A stretch of 64,000 nt of DNA from Pseudomonadota bacterium. GTDB taxonomy: Bacteria > Desulfobacterota > Desulfobacteria > Desulfobacterales > JBDRRP01. A model generated the notes under the pieces. It worked only from the letters and a program-made list of their open reading frames with translations, was not told where the DNA came from and searched no databases. Positions 28,225 to 36,840 of the stretch are shown one piece after another; the first letter of the stretch is position 1, and each line of letters opens with the position of its first letter. Position numbers and translations under genes: made by a program. Where the stretch lies: NCBI GenBank assembly GCA_043825735.1, contig JBDRRP010000025.1, forward strand, positions 1 to 64,000, written 5' to 3'.

Positions 28225-29481
28225 TCATCCACAAGGCAGCCCCAGAAGCACCCGGCGTAGGGCGTCGAGCGCCGTCATGGCAAACAGCGCCTTGTTTTTC
28301 TCCCGATCCGGGACCGGAAAATGACGCCGGAAGCTGGTGATTTGTCCACCAATGGACACCGCGATCCAAACCGTCCCTACGGGTTTGTCCGCAGTGCCTC
28401 CGTCAGGGCCGGCGATGCCGCTGGTGGCCACCGCGACATCGACGTGAGCCACCCGCGCGGCGCCGGCGGCCATGGCACGAACGGTTTCTTCGGACACGGC
28501 ACCATGGGCGGCAATGGTCTTTTCAGGCACCCCGAGCACACGAATCTTGGCCTCGTTGGCATAGGTGACGGCGCCGCAGACAAAATAGCGCGAGCTGCCG
28601 GGCACGTCGGTGAGCCAGTGGGACACCAGACCGCCGGTGCAGCTTTCGGCAACAGCCACCGTGGCCGAGCGCTCCAGAAGCAGCGCACCCACCACTGCCG
28701 CCATAGACGCCCCGGCATCGGTGAAAACGTTCTCGCCCAGCTTCCCTCTGACCCACGCGACGCCTTCCAAAAGCCGGCGATCCACCGCATTTTTATCCGA
28801 ATCGTGGCCGTATAGTTTGACTTCGATCACCGGGAACCGGGCCCTGAAACCGAGTTTGATGTCGGCAAATGCCCCTGCGAACCCATCGAGGCATCGATTG
28901 ACCGAGGCCTCGGTCAATCCGAAAACCCCGACCGTGCGCATGGCGTTCACCCCGTCGCAACGGCCGGTGATCGCCCCTATCCGGGGCATGACCTGATCGG
29001 CCATCATCCGCCGCATCTCCCCGGGCACACCGGGTAAAAAGAAAAACCGGCACCGGTCGATGGTGAGGGCGAACCCGGGTGCCGTGCCTACCGGATTGGG
29101 CAGGCATACGGCCCCGTCGGGCAGATCCGCCTGTTTGCGGTTGCTCTGTCCCATCACCCGCCCGCGGGCGCTAAAAAAGGCCTCCATGGACGCCAGCGCC
29201 GCCAGGTCTGTCTTTAAGGCAACGCCGGCCGCAGCGGCAGCCGCAGCCGCGCTCAGATCGTCTGAGGTGGGCCCGAGGCCACCGGTCACCACTGCCAGAT
29301 CGCACCGCCGGCCGATGTCCCGAAGGACTTCCACCAAGGCGCCCATATCATCGCCCACACACAGATGGCGCGCCACCGTCACGTTGGCGGCGGTCAGGGC
29401 CTCAGCGATATAGGCGGTATTGGTGTCCACCAGGGCGCCGGTGCGGATTTCGTCTCCGGTGGCCAGAATGTCGGCGTTCAT
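28225..29481 (-). CDS. cinA: CinA-family protein (MoCF-biosynthesis-like domain plus PncC NMN deamidase)
   Basis: GDEIRTG, TGGLGPTSDD, GTAPG, LPGVP, AESCTGG, HGAVS, SGIAGPDGG. Confidence 0.93.
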   Translation of the reverse strand: MNADILATGDEIRTGALVDTNTAYIAEALTAANVTVARHLCVGDDMGALVEVLRDIGRRCDLAVVTGGLGPTSDDLSAAAAAAAAGVALKTDLAALASMEAFFSARGRVMGQSNRKQADLPDGAVCLPNPVGTAPGFALTIDRCRFFFLPGVPGEMRRMMADQVMPRIGAITGRCDGVNAMRTVGVFGLTEASVNRCLDGFAGAFADIKLGFRARFPVIEVKLYGHDSDKNAVDRRLLEGVAWVRGKLGENVFTDAGASMAAVVGALLLERSATVAVAESCTGGLVSHWLTDVPGSSRYFVCGAVTYANEAKIRVLGVPEKTIAAHGAVSEETVRAMAAGAARVAHVDVAVATSGIAGPDGGTADKPVGTVWIAVSIGGQITSFRRHFPVPDREKNKALFAMTALDALRRVLLGLPCG

Positions 29482-29546
29482 ATAATCTCCTAAAAATTTG
29501 CGGCTCTTTTACCTTCTAATTTGTAGAAAATGGTTGCCCCTATCCA

Positions 29547-30737
29547 TCACAGCGCACCGCCGGCCGGCCAGACGCCAGGGATGCGCGTTGCGCAGAAAGC
29601 GCAGGCTCCGTCTTTTAGATGGACCTCGGCGATCAGATAGCCCCGTCTGAGAATGATGCACCGGCCGCAATTGTGACAATAGGTGTGGTTGCCCGCATGC
29701 CCGGGCACGTTGCCGACATAGACATAGCGGATCCCCTCGGCCATGGCGATATCCCGGAACTGCTCCAGCACGGCGATGGGCGTGGCAGCCAGCCGATCCA
29801 GCCGATAGCGCGGATAAAACCGTGTAAAATGAAGCGGATGATCCGGACCGAGGACGGCCATGATCCACCGGCACATCTGCCGAACCATGCCCGGGTCGTC
29901 CACGTATCCAGGTACCACCAGGTTGGTCATCTCGAAGTGGACCCCCTCGGCCTTCAGGGTGACGAAGGTATCGAGCACCGGCTGCAACCGCCCGCCGTTG
30001 AGTTTTCGGTAAATGGCGTCGCTGAAACTTTTGAGATTCACATTGGCCCCGTCCAGGACACGGCACAGTCGCTGGAGGGGTTCGGTCCGAATATAGCCCG
30101 CCGAAATCAGTAAATTATAGATTCCCGTTGCACGGGCCGCTTCGGCAGTGTCCAGGGTGTACTCGTAGAATGTCACCGGCTCGGAATAGGTGTAGGCAAT
30201 GGCGGTGGCACCTGCCTTTTTGGCGGCCGCCACCACATCCTTCGGAAAGAGTTCGACGTGCTGCACTTCATGGGGTTTGGCCTGCGAGATTTCCCAGTTC
30301 TGGCAGTTGAGGCATCTGAAATTGCAGCCGGCAGCGGCGATGGAAAAGGCGGTGGTCCCGGGCATGAAGTGATAAAGCGGTTTTTTTTCAACCGGGTCCA
30401 CGTGCACCGCACAGGGGTTGCCGTAGGCCAGGCTGTAGAGCGTGCCGTCAATGTTGACCCGGGAGCGGCAGACGCTGCGGTCCCCCGGCGCCAGAACGCA
30501 CTGGTGGGGGCATACCCCGCACATGACCTGCCCGTCGGCCAGTTTCCGGTAAATGGCCGCCTCTTTCGACCATTTCCACGGCGCTGCAGGCGCATCTCCT
30601 TTGAAAATATGGCCTCGGATGTCATCATCGCCCCCCAGGCTCGGCGCCCCCCCCAGAGGCCCCACCAGCCCCATGCCGGCGGCGGCCAGACAGGCGCCAC
30701 CGCATCGGAGGAACTGGCGGCGATTGAACGCGGTCAT
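29547..30737 (-). CDS. amrS: AmmeMemoRadiSam system radical SAM enzyme with Tat-like signal
   Basis: CGVCPHQC, DPVEKKPLYHF, GCNFRCLNCQNWEISQ, YTYSEP, YVYVGN; N-terminal NRRQFL plus hydrophobic stretch. Confidence 0.92.
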   Translation of the reverse strand: MTAFNRRQFLRCGGACLAAAGMGLVGPLGGAPSLGGDDDIRGHIFKGDAPAAPWKWSKEAAIYRKLADGQVMCGVCPHQCVLAPGDRSVCRSRVNIDGTLYSLAYGNPCAVHVDPVEKKPLYHFMPGTTAFSIAAAGCNFRCLNCQNWEISQAKPHEVQHVELFPKDVVAAAKKAGATAIAYTYSEPVTFYEYTLDTAEAARATGIYNLLISAGYIRTEPLQRLCRVLDGANVNLKSFSDAIYRKLNGGRLQPVLDTFVTLKAEGVHFEMTNLVVPGYVDDPGMVRQMCRWIMAVLGPDHPLHFTRFYPRYRLDRLAATPIAVLEQFRDIAMAEGIRYVYVGNVPGHAGNHTYCHNCGRCIILRRGYLIAEVHLKDGACAFCATRIPGVWPAGGAL

Positions 30738-30740
30738 GAT

Positions 30741-30903
30741 TGCCTCGTTATGAGCGTTAGGATCGTTTAGATCGTTTGGATCGTTTGGATCGTTTGGATC
30801 GTTATGAGCGTTTAGATCGTTGGGATCGTTGGGATCGTTTGGATCGTTTGGATCGTTTGGATCGTTTGGATCGTTTGGATCGTTTGGATCGTTTGGATCG
30901 TTG
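30741..30903 (-). repeat. 9-bp tandem array (AACGATCCN)n, about 18 units, abutting the amrS start
   Basis: GGATCGTT(T/G/A) repeats on the plus strand. Confidence 0.95.
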
Positions 30904-31199
30904 CGCCTGCGGCGCGTTCGGCCACGCCGGGGCGCGGCGTTCCGGGTTCCGGGTTCAAGGTTCAAAACCTTTAACAGCAAAGACATTGAAACGCGAAGTT
31001 CGCGAAGGACACGAAGTTTGTCCGAATCGGGTCGCCGGGAAACAACGCCCCGGCTCACGATTCGAACAAAGGATGACGGCCCTGCGGGCATGTTTCATCA
31101 TGGTTACGACTTGGAAACGCAGCGGTCGGTCAAAATATCGCCGTTCGGCGCGAAGCGCCCAAACCGGCTTTTCTCTGTGTTCTCTGTGTCCTCTGTGGT

Positions 31200-33344
31200 T
31201 CACACGCTGTTGACTTTCGCCGCCAGCAGGCGCAGCAGGCTGAACACTTTGACGGCCACCAGTGCGGCCGCCACACCGTAAAGACCTGTCATGGGCAGCA
31301 GCACCACGCTGGTGGCCAGGGTGCCGGTCCCGGCACCGGCCAGGTCGGCGGCAAAAGCGCGGCCGGCAGCGCGGGCATCGTCCCCCATGCTTTTAAGAAT
31401 CAGGGGAAACTGAAAACCGCACACAACGGCGGCAGTAAATCCGAAGACCAGATATCCGGCCGGGGGAATCCAGCCACCGGCCAAATGAAGCGCCGCGGCG
31501 AAACTGCCGACAAGGCCGATGAGCGCCCCGTCGGACAGGATCAACGCCTTGCGCAGCCGGTGCTGCCGGCGGTTGCCCAGCCAGGCGCCCGGCACCAGAC
31601 CCGCCAGAAATGCGGTGATAATGGCCCCGAGTTGGAAATAGACATATCCATAAAACACCTGGAAAGCAAAAATCACGAGCATCTCCAACCCCATGGACAC
31701 AAATCCGGTGGAAAAAAGCACTGTCTCCAGGGGGCGCGCCCGCCACAGAATGAGCGCGCATACCAGAGCGATGGCGCCGTAAAGCCATACCGGGTGCGAG
31801 CCGGTGCGAAGAAACCACTGCTGGAAGGCCAGGCGCATAAGGTAAGGCGTTGTGTCCGCATTTTCAGGGGCCGGCGCTCGGGCGGCCGTTTCAAGCTGGG
31901 ATAGCCGGTCTTCGGTGACCTCCCATGCGTAGGCACCGCTGAGATAGCGGGTCTCTATACCCAGCGCTGCGAGTCTCCGGGGAACATCTGTCGTGAGCGC
32001 GGCGTCGCTGGCCAAGAGGGTTATCCGCTCGCCGGGAATCAGGACGACATTGGAAAATGCGATGGCAACGGTGCGTCTAAGCGAAGCCACCATCAGCTTC
32101 AAGGGCGCCGGTATGTAGTTCGCATATCCGGAGATGCTGATACTCAGAACGCCATCGGCGCTCAGATGACGGTGAGCCAGCGTCATAAACTCTCGGGTAA
32201 AGAAGCGGTTGATCTGGAAGGTGTCCGGATCCGGGAGATTAACGATAATGGCGTCGTAGGAACGCGCCGCCTGGCGAAGATACCGGCGGGCATCCGAGTT
32301 CACTGAGTTTAGCCCGATGATAGGGGCGATGAGACCACTGTCAAACTGAAGCTGCGTGACGGCCGGGTCCAGTTCGAGGTAGTCCACCGCCTCGGGCCGG
32401 TATTTGGCGATTTCACGCATCATGCCGCCCACTGCACCGATAACGAGCAGGCGCCTCACCTGCTCCCGCTGACAGAGAGCCAAATGAACGGCCGCCTCGG
32501 CGCCGGCGGGATCCTGGCTCACGGCCACGGGTCTGCCGTCTTGGAAAATGGTGGTCTGGCCCCTGTCGACCACGACCTGCAGACGACCGTAGCGGCTCTC
32601 CACGGTGCGCACCGACGGTGTGAACGGCAGTGCCAGCGAACGGGTCTCCAGGGTCAGTCCCAGCATCATGCCGGCAGCGGTCAGCGTCAGGCCGGCAACC
32701 GGCAGTGGTCGCCACCACCGCCGCGCCGGCAGGATGGCCCACGCGGCAGCAGCCATTGGAAGCGCTGAAACAACGCTCGCCTGAACCGGAGACAACCAAA
32801 ACACCAGGCAAAAGGCGAACAGCGCGCCGCCCAGGGCGCCCCCCAGCGCATCGCGCAGATAAATTCCGGCTCCGGGCATGTCCGGTCGATGGCGGCGGAT
32901 GACAAACAAACTGTAAGGCAAAATGAACCCGATGCCAGCGGCATATGGCAGCAGCGTCGCAGCGACAAACGCGGCAGTGGGATAAAACCCTACCGAAACC
33001 CCCAGGGTAAACCACTGAAGACGCAGCAGCCGGATTCCCACCAGCATGACGGCAGGCATACCTGCCATCATTAGAGACACTGCCGCCAAAACGACGGGTG
33101 AATCTGAAAGACCCCGTTTTATTGCCGCTGTGGAGACAAGACTGCCGGCAGCACCGATGATCAACCAGAGGCACAGAATCAGGGCGATGATGAACTCATT
33201 TCCCTGAAATTGGGTGATGTACTCCCGGATCAGGAGCAATTGCGCCACTACACTGGCCACGCCGGTGGCCGTGACCAGCCGTAGCACCGCCGCCGGAGCG
33301 GCGGCATCGATATTCGTGGGGGGTGGTTCGACTGGAGCTGTCAT
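31200..33344 (-). CDS. Multi-TM protein with central spermidine-synthase-like (SAM-binding) domain
   Basis: QLLLIRE N-terminal TM block, ESRYG, YLELDP, DARRYL, YDAIIVNLPDP, NRFFTREF, C-terminal TM block. Confidence 0.82.
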   Translation of the reverse strand: MTAPVEPPPTNIDAAAPAAVLRLVTATGVASVVAQLLLIREYITQFQGNEFIIALILCLWLIIGAAGSLVSTAAIKRGLSDSPVVLAAVSLMMAGMPAVMLVGIRLLRLQWFTLGVSVGFYPTAAFVAATLLPYAAGIGFILPYSLFVIRRHRPDMPGAGIYLRDALGGALGGALFAFCLVFWLSPVQASVVSALPMAAAAWAILPARRWWRPLPVAGLTLTAAGMMLGLTLETRSLALPFTPSVRTVESRYGRLQVVVDRGQTTIFQDGRPVAVSQDPAGAEAAVHLALCQREQVRRLLVIGAVGGMMREIAKYRPEAVDYLELDPAVTQLQFDSGLIAPIIGLNSVNSDARRYLRQAARSYDAIIVNLPDPDTFQINRFFTREFMTLAHRHLSADGVLSISISGYANYIPAPLKLMVASLRRTVAIAFSNVVLIPGERITLLASDAALTTDVPRRLAALGIETRYLSGAYAWEVTEDRLSQLETAARAPAPENADTTPYLMRLAFQQWFLRTGSHPVWLYGAIALVCALILWRARPLETVLFSTGFVSMGLEMLVIFAFQVFYGYVYFQLGAIITAFLAGLVPGAWLGNRRQHRLRKALILSDGALIGLVGSFAAALHLAGGWIPPAGYLVFGFTAAVVCGFQFPLILKSMGDDARAAGRAFAADLAGAGTGTLATSVVLLPMTGLYGVAAALVAVKVFSLLRLLAAKVNSV

Positions 33345-33347
33345 GCA

Positions 33348-34850
33348 TCATTCGCTGTGGGGCGCTTCAAAATAGGTCACCTGATAGGTAGACACCTCCA
33401 ACTCACCATCTTTCCACGCTGATTCCGGCAAACCGGCTTTAAGGCACAGGTGGCCGAGAAAAGCCTTATGGGTCGGCAGCTGATCCCAGACCTGGGGCAG
33501 GAAGGTCGCCCGTCGCATGCCCTTCTGGATGATCACGCCGTCCACGCCAGGGCGCAATTTTTTTACCAGATCTTCAGCCGAATCGTAGAAAAGCGGCTGG
33601 GGATCGCTGAGAACGCTGACCTCGATGTCCACCTGGTTGAATTCCGCCGCGGTGAGCGGTTTAAACCGCGGATCGCGAAAGGCGGCATTGATGGCATTTT
33701 GGGCCACATCGTCCTTGAGCGGTTGCCGGGCGCTCAGCGTCCCGATGCACCCCCTCAGCTGCCCCTTTTTTTTCAATGTGACAAAAGTGCCCCCGGGCTG
33801 GTGGAAAATTGGATTGCGCAGGCGCGCTTCCAATTGTGTGCTGCTTTCCGGATCAGTGGTCAGCCCCAGTTTTTCCTTGATGGTCTGCCGCGCCAGCGCT
33901 ACCAAGGCCTGGCCGTCATCCGGTCCCATTGCCGACGACTGCGACACTGTGAGATTTCCCATGGACGAACCTCCATAAAAGACGACGGCAGCATACCCCA
34001 CCACGCGTTCTCTGGTGCCGGCGCTGTCGCCACTGTTGCTGTAGTGAATAATGCTCGGCTGCCACCCCCGCTCCCGGGCGATCTCGAGCAGCACGGCTAA
34101 GGGGATGCTGCCGCAGGCCCGGTCGCGCTCATGCATCAAGGCCGCTGCATTGCCGCTTCGGATCAATGCCAGGGTTTCCTTATCCCTCGCCACAGCCTGC
34201 TCATAGGGCAGAAAGTGGGACAGATCCGAGCTGACCACCAGCAGGGTTCTGTCATCCAAGAGCCGGTTGATACGGCGCGCCAGAGGCTGCGGGTCCATCT
34301 GCCCCACGACCACCGGCACCAGCGAAAACCTGCCAAGGCGCTGCTGCAGGTAGGGCAGCACCACCTCCAGGCTGTGCTCCATCCGGTCCGAAGCGGGGCT
34401 GTATTGGAACAGATCCGTATCGGTGAGCAGCGCTCTGGCATCGGGATGCAGCGGGACGCGTCCCAGCGGGGTCTCGTAGCCGTCCACGTCACTGACCGCT
34501 GCGCGGGAGAGCCCCACACGGTGGTCCGGCCCCATCAGGATGACCTTGTCGATGCCTCCCGCGGGAAGGGTCGCAAGGCCATGGGCCGCGGTGATACCGC
34601 TATACACGTAGCCGGCATGGGGCAGCACGATGGCCCTGGGCACGGCATCGGGAAACGGGCTCCGGTAGCGGCCGCCCCCTTCAGTCGCCTGCCGCAACAG
34701 ATCCTCAATGACAGCGCTCAGGGCTTCCGGGGTTGCCGGATAAAACTGGCCGGCCCAGACCGCGCTTCGAACCGAAGCGGCGTGGCAGCCGGCAGCGGCC
34801 GCGAAACACAGGAGCACACAGATAAGCGCACAGCGGATGGGGCGAGTCAT
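33348..34850 (-). CDS. AmmeMemoRadiSam B (MEMO1) - A (AMMECR1) fusion
   Basis: AGQFYP, PHAGYVYSG, EHSLEV, SSDLSH, VVGY; then GTFVTL, LRGCIG, DPRF, ATFLPQVW, LCLKAG. Confidence 0.92.
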   Translation of the reverse strand: MTRPIRCALICVLLCFAAAAGCHAASVRSAVWAGQFYPATPEALSAVIEDLLRQATEGGGRYRSPFPDAVPRAIVLPHAGYVYSGITAAHGLATLPAGGIDKVILMGPDHRVGLSRAAVSDVDGYETPLGRVPLHPDARALLTDTDLFQYSPASDRMEHSLEVVLPYLQQRLGRFSLVPVVVGQMDPQPLARRINRLLDDRTLLVVSSDLSHFLPYEQAVARDKETLALIRSGNAAALMHERDRACGSIPLAVLLEIARERGWQPSIIHYSNSGDSAGTRERVVGYAAVVFYGGSSMGNLTVSQSSAMGPDDGQALVALARQTIKEKLGLTTDPESSTQLEARLRNPIFHQPGGTFVTLKKKGQLRGCIGTLSARQPLKDDVAQNAINAAFRDPRFKPLTAAEFNQVDIEVSVLSDPQPLFYDSAEDLVKKLRPGVDGVIIQKGMRRATFLPQVWDQLPTHKAFLGHLCLKAGLPESAWKDGELEVSTYQVTYFEAPHSE

Positions 34851-34908
34851 TGGGGTTACCTCGATGGTGAACCTATATCCCATGGCGGGGAGGGAGTCAA
34901 AAAAAGAT

Positions 34909-34953
34909 GGATTCAGGAATTCAGGAATTCAGGGATTCAGGGATTCAGGGATT
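34909..34953. repeat. 8-bp tandem array (GG(G/A)ATTCA)n
   Basis: About 5 units; same family as 48639-48870 and 50874-51087. Confidence 0.85.
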
Positions 34954-34988
34954 GCGCCTATACGGCTTAAAAGCCACAGGGATTGCGA

Positions 34989-35410
34989 ATTGGCGGCCTT
35001 CCTCCTTCGCCAAGGCTACGGCGGACAGGTCGGCCGAAAGGCAACTGCGAAGAGAATGAACCGCAGATAACGCGGATGACGCAGATGGGCGGCCTTCGGC
35101 CGGAAAAGCGAAAATCAACTACAATTTATCCACAGATTGCACAGATTTTCACAGATTAAAAATAATGTTAGGCGGCCTTCGGCCGAACTGCAACTGAAAA
35201 AGCTTATTGGCACGGATTACGCGGATAGGAATTGGCGGCCTTCCACCTTCGCTCTACGAGCTACGGCGGACAAGTCGGCCGAAAAGCAACTGCAAAGAGA
35301 ATGAACCGCGGATGACGCAGATGACACAGATGGCGGCCTGCGGCCGGGAACTGCCTGAAGGGCGCTCCCTGTAACGTGTGCCGTGCACCGTGTACCTGCC
35401 CGAAGGGCAT
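34989..35410 (+). repeat. Composite repeat: GGCGGCCTTCGGCCG hairpins, GCAACTGC-AAGAGAATGAACCGCAGAT modules, CCTTCGCCAAGGCTACGGCGGACA REP-like units
   Basis: Several related modules in tandem; reverse-complement homologue of 60780-61065. Confidence 0.8.
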
Positions 35411-35415
35411 CGTCC

Positions 35416-35547
35416 GATCCAAACGATCCCAACGCTCCTAACGCCCTCAACGATCCTAACGATCCCAACGCTCCTAACGCTCCTAACGCTCCTAACGCTC
35501 TCAACGCTCTCAACGCTCCTAACGCTCCTAACGCTCCTAACGCCCAT
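35416..35547 (+). repeat. 9-bp tandem array (AACG(A/C)TC(C/T)N)n, about 14 units
   Basis: AACGATCCC / AACGCTCCT repeats on the plus strand, upstream of a plus-strand gene. Confidence 0.93.
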
Positions 35548-35618
35548 ACAGCGCCAGCCGTCTACCCTCCGACACTGACCTGTGATATGGTGATCGCATT
35601 GCGTCCTCGGGCCTTCTT

Positions 35619-35763
35619 AGTGTCCATCCATAAATGGCATCTTTTGGCCCAGAGCGGCGTTTTCACACTTTTCGAAATCCTCGAAATAGCCCTGCTATTC
35701 CTCCGGTTTCGAAAATGCTCAAGCCTTGCTCTGAACCAAAATCTACCATTTCTGAACGGACAC
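35619..35763. mobile_element. MITE-like element, family B
   Basis: AGTGTCCATCCATAAA...TTTCTGAACGGACAC; near-identical reverse complement of 145-289. Confidence 0.72.
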
Positions 35764-35796
35764 CACTTACGACCTTTCACCCGAAAGGAGTCTGTC

Positions 35797-36840
35797 ATGC
35801 CCCATCCACTCTCCTGGATTCGCCGCTTATCGGTGACCTTCACCGGCCTGCTCACCCTGGCAGTGGCCCTGGTTGCGGCCGCCCCGTCCATCGGTCAGAA
35901 CGAAGCCGCCAACTTTGCCGCCTACGTTCAGCGATACGGCGGTGGTGAGATCGACTGGGAGGCCGGCATCATCTATGGCCGCGCCATCGCCTATCTGGAA
36001 GACCAGAAAGGAAATCGCGCCATGGCCCAGCGCGCTGCCCAGGTCATGGCCGCGGCCAACATCGTTCGTCTGGCCGCCGGAATCCGCCTCGACGACCGTC
36101 GCCTTCTCGGTGACCTCGGGAGCGGACAGGTGGTGATCCGGCTGCGGGCGTTTTTGAATGTCGTCAACCACAGCTCCCGTTTCGTCGAAGACGGCGGCAA
36201 GCCCTACTACGAGGTGGTCCGAAAAACGCCCATCACCGGTATTAAAGGCCTCACACGCCAGCTGCTGACCCAGTTCGGCGACAGCGTCTCGGAAGGACTT
36301 CGGTGGCCGGACACCCCTGCACCGCCATCCGGTGAAACGCTTTCCGACGACCAGGCCCCCTGGCTGGTCCTCGACGCCCGCCATCTGGCCGCAGCAGGGC
36401 AGGTGCAACCGGCCCTGTTTCCCGCTATCAGGGCCGCTGACGGCAGAATTTTGTATGACTGGCGCACTGTGGCGCCGGACGCCCTGGAATCGCGCGGAAT
36501 GGCGCGATACGTGGTCTCGGATGTGGATGCCAGCCGCTGGCAAAGTGGCACCGGGACGCCCAGCGACCTGCTGGCGTTGCTGTCGCCGGCCCAAGCCCTG
36601 GCAGAAGAAGAGACGCTACCCCGAGCTACCGGCCGCAGGCGCTATATTGTCAAAAAGGTCGAAGGCGCAGAAGGCCTTGCCCGCACCAATCTGGTTGTCA
36701 GCAACGCCGACGCCGAGGCACTTGCCAGCGAGGATGTGGCCAGTCGCATCCTGAAAAAATGCCGTGTCATCGTCATCGTCAACAGCCCCATCGGCGGTGT
36801 GGAAGGTGCGCTGGACAGCAAGCTTCGACGGTCCTCATGA
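35797..36840 (+). CDS. Exported hypothetical protein (LPP20-like N-terminal region)
   Basis: AAGGAG RBS, signal peptide, EIDWEAG...AQRAA...GIRLD, LVLDAR...PALFP; ATGA overlap with the next gene. Confidence 0.65.
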   Translation: MPHPLSWIRRLSVTFTGLLTLAVALVAAAPSIGQNEAANFAAYVQRYGGGEIDWEAGIIYGRAIAYLEDQKGNRAMAQRAAQVMAAANIVRLAAGIRLDDRRLLGDLGSGQVVIRLRAFLNVVNHSSRFVEDGGKPYYEVVRKTPITGIKGLTRQLLTQFGDSVSEGLRWPDTPAPPSGETLSDDQAPWLVLDARHLAAAGQVQPALFPAIRAADGRILYDWRTVAPDALESRGMARYVVSDVDASRWQSGTGTPSDLLALLSPAQALAEEETLPRATGRRRYIVKKVEGAEGLARTNLVVSNADAEALASEDVASRILKKCRVIVIVNSPIGGVEGALDSKLRRSS

